Below are positions 44,559-55,290 of a DNA stretch of 64,000 nucleotides, in pieces. The notes below the pieces were generated by a model. That model was not told where the DNA came from and searched no databases. It saw only the letters and a list, made by a program, of their open reading frames with translations. The position numbers were made by a program, and so were the translations under genes. Source of the stretch: an uncultured delta proteobacterium (GTDB lineage: Bacteria > Desulfobacterota > Binatia > UBA9968); the NCBI GenBank assembly GCA_963816145.1, contig CAWFJP010000031.1:64001-128000 (forward strand), read 5' to 3'. How positions within the stretch are numbered: the stretch's first letter is position 1; each line of letters begins with the position of its first letter.

Positions 44559-45851
44559 TCATGTCGATTTCGCGAACATCCGGTAAACAGCCTGAGCCCC
44601 TTCGAGCAGCCGGTGATCCTGGTTACGGTGACCGATGAGCTGAATGCCGACGGGCAGACCCGAAGGTCCGGTAAACACCGGCAGCGTGACGCAAGGCGTA
44701 TAGGTCCAGGTCGACAGGATGTTGAACGAGGTGTCGCCCGTGCTGGCCAGTCCTGCCGGAGCCTCGCCGAGAGCACTTGGCGTGAGCAACAGGTCGATAT
44801 CCTTCATGGCGTCGGCGAGATGTCTGCGGCACTGGTCGAGGACGGCTTCGGCTTCGCGGTATTGTTCGTAGGAGACATTGAGCCATGCGGCGAGTTTGTC
44901 GCGCTGGAACTCGCTCAACAGATCCCAATGGTGATGCCGTTCCCAGGTGAGGGCACGAGAGAACTCGTAATCGTTGATGCGCCGGCCCATGGCCTCGAAC
45001 TGTTCGAACGGCTTGCCGAGATCGACATCGGCGACCTTCGCGCCGGCCTTGCCCAGCGCGCTTGCGGTCTCTTCCAAAAACCGTTTCGTGTAATCCTCCG
45101 CACGGTCCCAGAACATGGTGCGGCAAAAGCCGATCTTGAGATCGTTCACCGCAACGGCGGCCAGAGGTTTCCCGGCGAATCCCGTCAGCGCGGCGCGAAA
45201 CAGAGCAAGGTCCTCGACGGCGCGAGCGAAAAGCCCCACGGTGTCGAAGGACGCGGTGTTCTGCTTGACGCCCTGGGTGCTCACTTCACCGTAGCTCGGT
45301 TTGTAGCCGATGCAGCCGCAGAACGCTGCGGGGCGGATCACCGATCCAACCGTCTGGGTGCCGAAGGCCAGCGGCACCATGCAATCGCCGACCGCGGCGG
45401 CGGAGCCGCTTGAGGAGCCGCCGGGCGTATGCTCGGGGTTGTGCGGATTGGTCGTCTTGCCCCAGGGAAATCGACTGGCAAACTCGGTGGTCACGGTCTT
45501 GCCCAAAAGCACCCCGCCGGCCGCCCGGCTCAGCGCCACGCACGCGGCGTCCGCCGCCGGACGGTTACCTTTGTAGATAGGAGAGCCGTACTCCGTCGGC
45601 AAATCGGCCGTGTCCATGATGTCCTTGGCGGCGAAGGGAACGCCGTGAAGCGGTCCGCGGCTCGCGCTCCGGTCGCATTCCCGGGCCTGCGCCAGGGCAA
45701 AATCGCGGTCCAAATGGACCCAGGCTTTGACTTGCGATTCGCGCGCATCGATGCGCGCGAGACAGGAGCGCAGCAGAGCTTCGGACGTGAGTTTGCCTTC
45801 GCGAATGCGCGCCGCGGCATCACTCGCCGACAAGCGAAATAAATCCGCCAT
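44559..45851 (-). CDS. Amidase signature family enzyme
   Basis: GPLHGVP..KD, PGGSSSGSAAAV, GTQTVGSVIRPA; start MADLF with AGGAG RBS. Confidence 0.94.
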   Translation of the reverse strand: MADLFRLSASDAAARIREGKLTSEALLRSCLARIDARESQVKAWVHLDRDFALAQARECDRSASRGPLHGVPFAAKDIMDTADLPTEYGSPIYKGNRPAADAACVALSRAAGGVLLGKTVTTEFASRFPWGKTTNPHNPEHTPGGSSSGSAAAVGDCMVPLAFGTQTVGSVIRPAAFCGCIGYKPSYGEVSTQGVKQNTASFDTVGLFARAVEDLALFRAALTGFAGKPLAAVAVNDLKIGFCRTMFWDRAEDYTKRFLEETASALGKAGAKVADVDLGKPFEQFEAMGRRINDYEFSRALTWERHHHWDLLSEFQRDKLAAWLNVSYEQYREAEAVLDQCRRHLADAMKDIDLLLTPSALGEAPAGLASTGDTSFNILSTWTYTPCVTLPVFTGPSGLPVGIQLIGHRNQDHRLLEGAQAVYRMFAKST

Positions 45852-46217
45852 GTGATTCTCCTTGAAAGGATGCAAAGAGGAATTCAACTCGACCGCTGAA
45901 TCCGCAAAGCGTTTGGCAACATAACCGAGCAGCCGTCGCGAGTGCAACAAGATATTGAACATGGGAGTGGCGGCGCGAATAACCGAGCAACGAACAAGCG
46001 CGGACTGATCGAGCACGGGCGGTGATGGCGACGCTCTTCCGGCGCAATGTGTGAACCGACAAACGTTTTGGTGATCATGATCGGTTGAACATCACAGTTA
46101 TAGATTAACCCGGATTTTCTTCGGGTTTCGAGTTTAGGTCGGTCGGCCAGCCCGAGAATGTGTGATTGCCAGACCTAACCATACGCCCTCAGACTTGTCC
46201 TTAACGCCGAGTGCAAT

Positions 46218-46247
46218 CAGCGTCAAGCCGCGCGTCCCTTGACGCTG
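46218..46247. promoter_or_regulatory. Perfect 10-bp inverted repeat overlapping a -35-like TTGACG
   Basis: CAGCGTCAAG-N10-CTTGACGCTG; TATTGT lies 18 nt after TTGACG. Confidence 0.5.
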
Positions 46248-46346
46248 CGGTTCGATTGGAACTATTGTCCGCATCATCAAGCTTGGTCCGGCTGCGCGTC
46301 GATTACCGGTCGCCAATTTATCATTGTGAAAAAGGGGGAAACTCCG

Positions 46347-47486
46347 ATGGCTGACAAGATCGTTTCGGCGGATGGGCATATGGATTTGTTTTATCTGCCG
46401 GCGGATACATTCACGTCGCGGGCGCCGGCGCAGCTGCGCGAGCGCGTGCCGCATGTGGTGGACGTCGGTGGCAAACCCACTTGGATCGGCGACGGCGCCA
46501 ACATGGGCGCGCACGCGGCGTGGATGGGGCGCGGACAGATGACCACTCATCGCGGCCGGCGCATGGCGGAGGCCGGTTGGCAGCCGAGTCATCCGCCCGA
46601 TCCCAAGCTCAGGCTCGCCGACCTGGACCTGGACGGTATCGAAGCGGAAATCATCTACGGTATCCGCTTCGTCGAGGACAGCATCAAAGATCCCGAGGTC
46701 ATCGCGGCGACCTACCGGGCCTACAACGATTTCATCGCCGAGTTCTCTTCTTACAATCCGCGCCGCTTCATCGGTATCGCCAATATTCCGGCGACATCCG
46801 CCGAGGCGGCAAGCGCGGAGTTGCGTCGCGTCGGCAGAAACGGCTTGGGGCTGCGCGGCGCGATGATTGATTGGTTCAACGGGCCGGAGCCGATCTGGCA
46901 TCAGATGTGGGAGCCGATGTGGAGCGCGGCGGAGGAAAATCAAGTGGCGCTGTCGTTTCATATCGGCGTCGGTCATGGCACGACGACCTGCGGACCGATC
47001 AGCGTCGAGCAGAAGCTCAAGGGCGATTTGCCGCGGGTTTCCCACGCAACGCACCAGGCGGTGGTGGCGATGCAAGCCGACGAATGTTTGGTGGCGATCC
47101 TGCTATGCGGCGCGCTTGAGCGTCATCCCGGACTCAAAGTCGTCATGGCCGAGAGTCATATCGGTTGGATTCCCTATGTGTTGGAGCGGGTCGACATGAA
47201 ATTCAAAGAGGGCATGTACGACGACTTGATTCGCACCAAACCGAGCGAACAGTTCAATCGGCAAGTGTGGGCCACCTTTCAAGACGATCGGGTTGGCGCG
47301 CTGTTGGCGGAAGAATATGGCGCCGAGAGTTTTTGCTGGGCGTCGGACTATCCGCATGCCGATGGGATCTTTCCCGATTCGCAAAGTTTTATTCGCGACA
47401 CCATGGGGCACCTGAATGGCGAATTGCAACGCAAACTCACGTTCGCCAACGCGGTGCGGCTCTATGATCTGCACTGGCTGCTGTAA
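46347..47486 (+). CDS. Amidohydrolase_2 family protein
   Basis: VSADGH, LSFHIG, ESHIGW, WASDYPHADG. Confidence 0.92.
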   Translation: MADKIVSADGHMDLFYLPADTFTSRAPAQLRERVPHVVDVGGKPTWIGDGANMGAHAAWMGRGQMTTHRGRRMAEAGWQPSHPPDPKLRLADLDLDGIEAEIIYGIRFVEDSIKDPEVIAATYRAYNDFIAEFSSYNPRRFIGIANIPATSAEAASAELRRVGRNGLGLRGAMIDWFNGPEPIWHQMWEPMWSAAEENQVALSFHIGVGHGTTTCGPISVEQKLKGDLPRVSHATHQAVVAMQADECLVAILLCGALERHPGLKVVMAESHIGWIPYVLERVDMKFKEGMYDDLIRTKPSEQFNRQVWATFQDDRVGALLAEEYGAESFCWASDYPHADGIFPDSQSFIRDTMGHLNGELQRKLTFANAVRLYDLHWLL

Positions 47487-47498
47487 GCGCCGAATGGG

Positions 47499-48548
47499 AT
47501 GCTCAGGGGACGCATGATGAGACCATTCAAAGCGCGAGTGTTGTTATGGGTCTGGGCGACTGCTGTTGCGTTATGTCACGGTAGCGCCAACGGCGCGTCC
47601 GACGAGATGGTGAAGGGCGCGCTCAAGGAAGCCAACCTGATGATCTACGGCACGACGCAGATCGATCACATGCACGCGCTGATCAAGCAGTTCAATCAGA
47701 AATATCCCGCCATCAAGACCAGCTATCTACGTCAAGGAACCACCGCCGTCTACGAGAGAATTCTACGCGAGCAGCGCACCGGCTTGTTTAGCGCCGATGT
47801 CTACGGCGGCATTGGCGGACTGCAAGCCTGGCTGCTGGCTCAGAAGGGGGCGCTGGCGCCGTATCCGTCGGCGGAACGAGCGACGATCAGCAACAACTTG
47901 AAGGACAAAGATGGCTACTGGACGGCGGCGTACACGGTGAGTTTCGTTACAGCCTTTAGCACCAAAGAGATTTCCCGCGCCGAGGCGCCGCGCAGTTACG
48001 ACGATTTCCTTTTGCCCAAGTGGAAAGGGAAAATGTGGCTCAACGAGGATGATATCGAATGGTACGCCACCATGTTCGAGATCATGGGCAAAGATAAAGC
48101 GCCGCAGTTCATGCGCCGGCTGGCGCAGCAAGACTTACGCTACGGCCGCGATCCGAGCCTCGCCATCGAGCTGCTCTGCGCCGGCGAGTTTCCGCTGATG
48201 ATCGGCATCCATTTTCATCACACCGAAAGACTTAAACAGAAAGGCTGCCCGCTCGACTGGGTGGTCACCGAGCCCGGATACAACCGCCCGCCGATCGCCA
48301 TCGGTCTGGCCAAGAACGCGCCCCATGGCAACGCCGGCAAGCTGTTCATCGATTTTATTTTATCGCAGGAAGGGCAGCGGGCGATCCAAACCATCGCGCT
48401 GCGCTATCCGGTGCGACCGGATGTCGAGCTGAGCGGCGCGCTTTTGAAGCTGAAGGGGATTCGTTTCTGGGACTCCAATTGGGACACGGTGTTTCGCAAC
48501 ATCGACAGCCATCAGAAATCATTCCGGCAGACTTTCGGTTTTAGCTGA
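47499..48548 (+). CDS. ABC substrate-binding protein (Fe3+/polyamine type), orphan
   Basis: Signal peptide, PKWKGK, APHGNAGKLFIDFILSQEGQ. Confidence 0.88.
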   Translation: MLRGRMMRPFKARVLLWVWATAVALCHGSANGASDEMVKGALKEANLMIYGTTQIDHMHALIKQFNQKYPAIKTSYLRQGTTAVYERILREQRTGLFSADVYGGIGGLQAWLLAQKGALAPYPSAERATISNNLKDKDGYWTAAYTVSFVTAFSTKEISRAEAPRSYDDFLLPKWKGKMWLNEDDIEWYATMFEIMGKDKAPQFMRRLAQQDLRYGRDPSLAIELLCAGEFPLMIGIHFHHTERLKQKGCPLDWVVTEPGYNRPPIAIGLAKNAPHGNAGKLFIDFILSQEGQRAIQTIALRYPVRPDVELSGALLKLKGIRFWDSNWDTVFRNIDSHQKSFRQTFGFS

Positions 48549-48627
48549 CCGGTGACGGAGTTGATCGGGCTCGCGCTTAATTTGCTGGCAGCGTCGGAAC
48601 CGTGAGGAACTACGATCCCGGTGGTGC

Positions 48628-48734
48628 TCATGTCGATTTCGCGAACATCCGGTAGACAGCCTGGGCTCCTTCCAACAGGCGGTGATCCTGGTTACGGTGA
48701 CCGATGAGCTGAATGCCGACGGGCAGACCGGAAG
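48628..48734 (-). repeat. Duplicate of the amidase 3' end (44559-44665)
   Basis: 107 bp with 7 substitutions, all silent, ending exactly at the stop codon. Confidence 0.92.
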
Positions 48735-48971
48735 ATGAGAAAAGGAATGAGAAAAGGGGACGCGAACCTTTTTACGTTTCAGGCCGAGCCTCGGTTCGCG
48801 AGATTTGCTATCCTGTCATCAATCGAAGCAGCGCGCGGACCGAGGTATTCCGACGAGGGATGCCCTGGGGTTCAGTCGGTTGGATTTAACGTTGCTTAGA
48901 CATGTGGCGGCTGCGGTGGTTATTTTGCCAGGGCCTCTATTAGATCAGATTTAGCTATCACCGAGGGCGAA

Positions 48972-50994
48972 TTGGAAGAAAGCGAAGCTGAAAAAGAGAC
49001 AGGCCGAGGGAACCGAAAGGTCGCGAGCCCGCGCCATCAGGAGGCGATCCGGATGAAGTGCATTCGCGCTTCGGGCGCCTTTGTCGAGTTCCCGAAACCA
49101 GAGGTCGAACAGTCGATTCCGGAGCGGTTCGAAAAAATCGTCGGCATAAATCCGCACGGGATCGCGGTAAAGGCGGAAGACCAAGCCGTGACCTACGCTG
49201 AACTCAACGCGATGGCGAACCGGGTCGCCCGCAAGATTGTGCAACAGCGAGGGAGTGAGGCGGAACCCATCGGCGTGTTGTTGGAAAAAGGTCTGGAGCA
49301 GATAGTCGCGATACTCGGAACTTTGAAGGCCGGCAAGTTCTTTGCGCTTTTGGACCCGTCTTTCCCGGCGGCGCGGAATACCGGCATGTTGGCGGATTTA
49401 CGGCCCGGACTCGTCATCACGAATCAAGATAGTGTTTCGCCGATCGGAAAACATCAACGGAGCCAGTATCGTTTTCTGGAGATCGAGCCTTATGATGCAG
49501 AAACCCCGGGTACGGACCTCGAACTGCGCATAACACCCCGGCGAGCTTGCTGCTGTCTTATACACCTCGGGGTCAACTGGAGAACCCAAGGGTGTCCTCC
49601 AGAGCCATCGCAACGTGCTTCACAACATGATGCTGCGCACCAATATGTTTGGAATCGGTGCCTGCGACAAGCTGAGCGTCCTCGCTTCCGGAACGCCAAA
49701 TGCGGTGATGAACACATTTCTTGGTTTGCTCAACGGCGCGACACTGGTTTTGTTTGACGTCCAAAAAGAAGGCACGATGCGCCTCGTCGATTGGTTTTTG
49801 CGGGAGAGGATCGCAATTTGTTGGACCACTGCACCCCTATTCCGCAAATTTTGCGAAACTCTCAACGGGGATGAAGAATTCGTTGACCTTCGTCATGTCA
49901 TATTGGCGAGCGACCAGGCTGGCAAATCGGATTTTGATCTGTTCAAGGAGCACTTCTCCGTCAACACGGTTCTTTCCAACGCCTTGACCGGTAGCGAAAC
50001 GGGACTCTTGAGAACTTTCATGATGGATCATGAAACAGAAATTCTCGGCAACGATTTGCCTGTGGGCTACATGGTCGAGGACAAAGAGACTCTCCTTCTG
50101 GATGAGGAAGGCAAACGACTCGACTTCAACGAGGTGGGCGAGATAGTTGTGAACAGCGAGTATCTATCCCCTGGCTACTGGCGCAGGCCCGACCTCACTG
50201 AAGCGAAGTTCAAACCGGATCCCAGCGGCAGCAGCAGGCGATTATATTTCACCGGCGATTTAGGTCTGATGCTTCCTGACGGCTGCCTCGTCCACAAGGG
50301 ACGAAAGGACTTTCGGGTCAAGATTCGAGGTTACAGCGTCGAGATTGCGGAAGTCGAGAAAACTCTGCGCGAGCATCCCCTCATTCGGGAGATCGTTATC
50401 GTGGCACGGCGCAATGAATCGAGGGAAGCTCGGTTGGTCGGGTATTTTGTCGCTTCTTCCCAGGAGGCTCCTCGGGTTAGCGAGCTACGAGCATTTTTGA
50501 GCAAAAAGCTGCCTGACTACATGATTCCCTCGGCTTTTGTGAAGCTGGATGCAATGCCGCTGTCATCAGGGGGCAAGGTGGATCGCAGCGTTCTTCCCGA
50601 TCCCGACAATCGTCGACCGGATCTAGCCACGCCGTTCGTCGCGGCTGGAACTCCGGTGGAAAAAGGCCTGGCGGCGATATGGGCTGAAGTTCTCTCTCTC
50701 GATGGTGTCGGAATGAACGACAATTTCCTCGATCTTGGCGGTCATTCATTGGCCGCGACGCAAATTGTCTCGCGGGTGCTGCAGCAGTTTCAGTTGGAGA
50801 TACCCGTGCGTTCTTTTCTCGAGTCTCCGACGGTTGCCGCGATGGCGGCTGTGATTGCAGAATATCAAGCGAAAACAATCGGCGAACCGCAATTGGAGCG
50901 AATTTTGGCCGAGGTCGAATCCATTTCGGAGGAAAAAGCGAAGCAATTCCTCGCCAAGTCAGGGAAGATAAACAGGTCGAGAGAATCCGAGTAG
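48972..50994 (+). CDS. Standalone NRPS-like adenylation-PCP protein, frameshift near 49540
   Basis: TYAELN, YTSGSTGEPKGV (shifted frame), YFTGDLG, VKIRG, LPDYMIP, FLDLGGHSL. Confidence 0.85.
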
Positions 50995-51059
50995 CGATCT
51001 TTTAGATCGCCTAGGCACTCTGGCTATCATGCTAGCCTGATACCGCGATGCGGCTCCAA

Positions 51060-51148
51060 TCCGCATCCGGATCAACGACCCATGGCGGATCTGTTTTACT
51101 TGGAAAGATGACGGTCCGCATGACGTTGAAATCGTCGACTATCATTAA
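51060..51148 (+). pseudogene. higB: 3' fragment of HigB toxin
   Basis: IRINDPWRICFTWKDDGPHDVEIVDYH*; no N-terminal half recognisable. Confidence 0.8.
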
Positions 51149-51159
51149 GAAGTAACAAA

Positions 51160-51467
51160 ATGAAAAAGAATGGAATGCGACCGGTGCCTCCAGATGAAAT
51201 TCTCAACGAGGAGTTTTTGAAACCCCGGGTCAGACGGCAAACGCGCCCGCGAAGGCGATCGGGGTGCCGCCCAACCGGATCACGGCGATTCTAACAGATG
51301 CCAGAGGCATCACGGGAGATACGGCGATCCGGCTGGGAACGTTTTTCAAAATTTCGGCGGAATTCTGCATGAACCTGCAAATGACCTACGACCTGCGCAA
51401 CGCCGCAAAGGCTCTGCCGGCGAGGGTGAGAAAGAGCATCGAAGGCAACAGGAGCGTGTTGGTGTAA
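51160..51467 (+). pseudogene. higA: HigA antitoxin, frameshifted/degenerate
   Basis: MRPVPPDEILNEEFLKP / VPPNRITAI...ITGDTAIRL..FF..SAEFCMNLQ.YDL. Confidence 0.8.
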
Positions 51468-51579
51468 GTCGCAAGACTGAGGACGGCAAAAGCGTAATCG
51501 TGCCAATCGCTAGTCGCTGATAAAAGTCTGTCTCCGCCACCGCTCCTAAATCTTGACTGTGAGCGATGCAGACGGTCTC

Positions 51580-52686
51580 TTATCCCCACACCTCGCGCGC
51601 CGTCCTGACGACGAGTTCGAGCTTTTGCTGTTGTTCTTCAGGTGAGATCGGGTTGCCGAGAACCGACGAAGCAAAACCGCACTGGGTGCTGACGCCGAGC
51701 TGCGCCAGCGGAAAATACTTGCCGGCCGTCGCGACGCGCCGGCGTAGGTCATCCATGCGCTCAAGCCGGCCGGTTTTAGCTGGTGATCAAGCCGAGCACG
51801 ATGAATTTGTCTTCGGGGATGTCCTTGAGCGCCGCGAACGTGCCGGCGCGCTCGTCGTCGTACTCGAGCAAGAGCCGCTGTGCCTTGAGCCGCCGGAAGA
51901 GCCTACGACCGATCGATTCGTAACCGCCCTCGGCGAGCCACCGGCCGCCCTGATTGCCGCGTCAGAGATGGAGCGCAAAAGTGACACCTGGAAATCCCGC
52001 GATGATGCGCATTGTCGAGCTCGATGCCAAGCGTCAACCATTGGTCCAGACTCCACCCTTGCGCTTCGTAGAAACGCCGTGTCTTGGCGTCGAGCATCAG
52101 CCCGTAGTGCGGCGCATCGATTTGGATGTAAGCGAGCACCCAAGCGCACCAGCTCTTGAACCTCTTCGCGCAAGAGCTGAACGATGTCGGCGAGAAAACT
52201 ATCCAGCGTCGGGTAGGCGGCACGGGAGTGTTCGCGCGACCAGAAATTCGCCCAGAGCCCTGGGCTCGGCAGGGTAATTTTAGCAACGCGGCTGGTTTTG
52301 TTCTTCAGAAAGGCGAACTCATCGGCGGATAACCAGCGCTTGCGGACGAGTTTACCGGTCGCCCCGAGGTTTTGCGGGCGCGCTGTGCGGACTGTTCCTT
52401 GGGCATTATGCCACTCGCCCCAAAGAAATGCGTCCATGGTGAAGTCGCCGAAGCCCTCGACTGCCGCAGTCATTTGGCTCTGAAAAGACTGCCGGCGCAT
52501 CTCGCCGTCGGTCACGATTTCGAGCCCGGCTGCCTCTTGCATCGCGATCGCGTCACAGACGGCGCGATCCTCGAGTTCCCTCAAGCGTGAAGCCTCGACC
52601 TCGCCGGCCGCAAACCGGCTGCGCGCCTCGCTCAATTCTTGTGGTCTGAGCAGGCTGCCAACCACGTCGGCATGAGCGGTTATCAT
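51580..52686 (-). pseudogene. Cobalamin-independent methionine synthase II family protein with several frameshifts
   Basis: ADVVGSLLRP, TDGEMRR, YIQIDAP, HLxRGN, LEYDDERAG, STQCGFAS, AREVWG* across frames. Confidence 0.8.
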
Positions 52687-53152
52687 AGCGCGGAAAACCC
52701 CAGCGGGGATCGTGACGGATAATGCCAACCGATGCTCAGAGTCTAGTGCAGGGCGCGAGGCCGTTACAAGTCCAAATCGATAAGTTGAAAAAGCGAACTA
52801 GGAATCCAAGCACGGCATCGTGCGCTTTAGGCGGTAGTTGAAACCTATGCCCTGGACAATGCGGTAAAGTTCACAGAGCCCAATTTGACGTCGAAAATGA
52901 GGCTCTAAGTGGAGAAAACAGTCTCCCACGGGAGAGCATTTCTGAAGTCGCGCCAGCTTTTCGCGGTTCGACCAGCGCACCTATCAGCAAAGTATGGACT
53001 TTAGACTTCAGTGGACGGCGGTAGGGTTTGACGTCTGGCCTGCAATTGGGTTATTCGCCTCGAAGACATTCGGCGGGATCGTGAAGTGAGTGAGGTCTTT
53101 AAAAAACCTTGCGAGCGCGGACGTCTGCCGCCGCGCTGATGGGAGGTCTGCC

Positions 53153-54211
53153 ATGGGAAAGAAACACTTGATCGTGCGGTTTTGGGTCACCGTCGTTGCG
53201 GTTTTAGCCGTGTTTGCCGACGGTGCTTTGGCGCAGGCGCCCTTTTATCAGGGTAAGACCTTAGCGATTGTCTTGGGCACCGCCCCCGGAGGAGCGGGAG
53301 ATCACCGCACAAAGGCCCTGGTTCCTTCTTTGCGGAAATACATTCCCGGCAATCCGACCATCGTGCTCGAACACAGGGCCGGCGGCGGCGGCCGACAAGC
53401 AGCCAATCATGTTTACCAAAACGCCAAGCCGGACGGGCTGACTATCGGCGCCTTGAGCGGCAGCATCGTCGCACTCAACATCCTCGGCGCGACCGGTGTG
53501 ATGTACGATATCGATAAGTTTATCTACCTCGGTACGTCGGAAAGCACTTCGCATCAGATCCTGTACACAAGAAAAGAACTTGGTCTGAGCAATCCCGAGA
53601 AGCTGCGAGCGGCTTCCGGCCTCAGGCTCGGCGCCCAGGCGGTCGGACATCCGAACTATATCGCCGGGCGGCTCTTTGGCTATTTTCTCGGTATGAAGGA
53701 ACCGAAGTTTATCGTCGGCTACACGACTCCGGAGATCGAGGTAGCTCTCTTGAGCGGCGAGCTCGATGGCAGGGCGAATAATGTCGCCCAGCTACTCCAC
53801 CGCAACCCCGATTGGGTGGAGAAAAGCGTGATGGATATCCACGCGATCTTGGAGATTCCGAAAGGAGCCAAGCATCCGCGCTTCGGTCGTGTCCCCGAGA
53901 TCGAAAGTTTTGCAAAATCTCAAAATGAGTCCAAGCTCCTGACCATGTACCGGACCTTGAGACTCGTGGGCGTGCCTTACGCTTTGCCGCCGGGGACACC
54001 GAAGGACAAAGTCATGATTCTCCAGGACGCCATGCGCAAGGCTTTCAAAGACGCCGAATTTCATCGCGAATACAAAAAGCTCACCGGCGAAGACCCCGAT
54101 CCGCTGATGCCCGAAGAGATGGAGAAAGCGATCAGGGAAATGCCGCGCGACGCCGAGGTGATCGAGCTGCTAAAAAAACTTTCCGGCGAGGGCCCGCTTC
54201 CCGGACGATAA
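53153..54211 (+). CDS. Tripartite tricarboxylate transporter substrate-binding protein (Bug/TctC-like), orphan
   Basis: FYQGKT...APGG..D...IPGNP...KPDGLT...PPGTP. Confidence 0.88.
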   Translation: MGKKHLIVRFWVTVVAVLAVFADGALAQAPFYQGKTLAIVLGTAPGGAGDHRTKALVPSLRKYIPGNPTIVLEHRAGGGGRQAANHVYQNAKPDGLTIGALSGSIVALNILGATGVMYDIDKFIYLGTSESTSHQILYTRKELGLSNPEKLRAASGLRLGAQAVGHPNYIAGRLFGYFLGMKEPKFIVGYTTPEIEVALLSGELDGRANNVAQLLHRNPDWVEKSVMDIHAILEIPKGAKHPRFGRVPEIESFAKSQNESKLLTMYRTLRLVGVPYALPPGTPKDKVMILQDAMRKAFKDAEFHREYKKLTGEDPDPLMPEEMEKAIREMPRDAEVIELLKKLSGEGPLPGR

Positions 54212-54518
54212 CCGCAAAGGCCGCCTAGTGTGCCGACCCAAAAGTTCGCTACATGATTCATCCGTCATTCCGGGCAAGCTGGCGATAGCTAGCGCGATCC
54301 GGAATCCAGGAAAATCGCCAATCTGGATGCCGGCTTTCTCCGCCATGACGATATCAGGCCGTCCGACTTGTTTTGCGAACTTCTGGACCAGGACACTAGG
54401 GAGCATGGCTGCGCGTCACGGCATGAGTAGGATTCTTGCGGTCTTTCTCTCCGCGGCTTCGGTCGGGAATTGGTCCGAGCCCGATGCAGTTCGACAAGTT
54501 GACGGCCGTGCAAAGGTA
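54095..54518 (+). repeat. Direct repeat copy 1 (424 bp: TctC-like 3' end, REP and downstream DNA)
   Basis: Near-identical to 60307-60730. Confidence 0.95.
54263..54350. repeat. CGTC-type REP-like palindromic doublet (second copy 60475-60562)
   Basis: CGTCATTCCGGG...CCGGAATCCAG...CTGGATGCCGGC...ATGACG. Confidence 0.7.
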
Positions 54519-54672
54519 AAGATCCGCCCCTCGCAGCATGTGCTGGGAATAGTATTCTCTGAGGCGCCCCCCGGCAGCAAAACGGTCCGACTCAATTGGA
54601 AAGAATAATCATCCATGCAATCCTAATTCAGAATTTCAAATTCGTCGGACTAGATCTCAACCCACCGTTCGC

Positions 54673-55278
54673 TTAACCGTAGCCAAAAACCTTTCGCTCG
54701 ACGGTTCCCGCATCCGCGTCGTACCAGTTGCGCCATAGGTTCTCCATCTCCCGGCTGCGGATCACTACGCTCCAGTTTTCCGTCCGGGCGATGATGGCAT
54801 GGGGCGCGCCGACCGGAATGATTACGACCTCTCCAGCCTTCTGGCGGACCGGCGGCAAGGGGCGCAACTTGGCCCGCCCCGGTTCGCTGCCATCGTCGAT
54901 ACGCTGGTAGATTTGCTGCACCGTCTCGCCTACCAGTATGCCGTAAACGGCCCAGCCAAGCTCGCCATGATCATGCGGCTGGCGGCTGGTGGTGGAGCGC
55001 TGATGCGTCGGGCGGATGCAGAAGAGGTGGTTCGGATCGCTGTAGAGTCGCCAGGAGCCGTAGCCGTCCTGATCCACCGGCTGGCCGTAGGGGATGCTTT
55101 TTCGGGCCAGCACCCGCGCCAGCGAGTCTTTGACGTGATCGAGCGACGCGGGGTTGGCGAGAAACCGTTCCAGAGATTTTTTTGTCCGCTCAAGGATTCG
55201 CCCGACCGTGGTCTCGGTTTCGAATGCGGCGCGGGTCTCGGTGATAAGTTCTTCAACGGGATTGTTTGCTTGATTCAT
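54673..55278 (-). CDS. Cupin, cysteine-dioxygenase-like protein
   Basis: PHDHG..WAVYG, YQRIDDGS.PGRA, downstream His. Confidence 0.75.
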   Translation of the reverse strand: MNQANNPVEELITETRAAFETETTVGRILERTKKSLERFLANPASLDHVKDSLARVLARKSIPYGQPVDQDGYGSWRLYSDPNHLFCIRPTHQRSTTSRQPHDHGELGWAVYGILVGETVQQIYQRIDDGSEPGRAKLRPLPPVRQKAGEVVIIPVGAPHAIIARTENWSVVIRSREMENLWRNWYDADAGTVERKVFGYG

Positions 55279-55290
55279 AATTCCGGCTCC

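Noticed and set aside
53008-53190. Possible second PF04392 tail (ADLP...TIPPNV) on the minus strand
   Set aside because: Only two short motifs with wrong spacing, and it overlaps the RBS of the opposite gene. Too weak to call.
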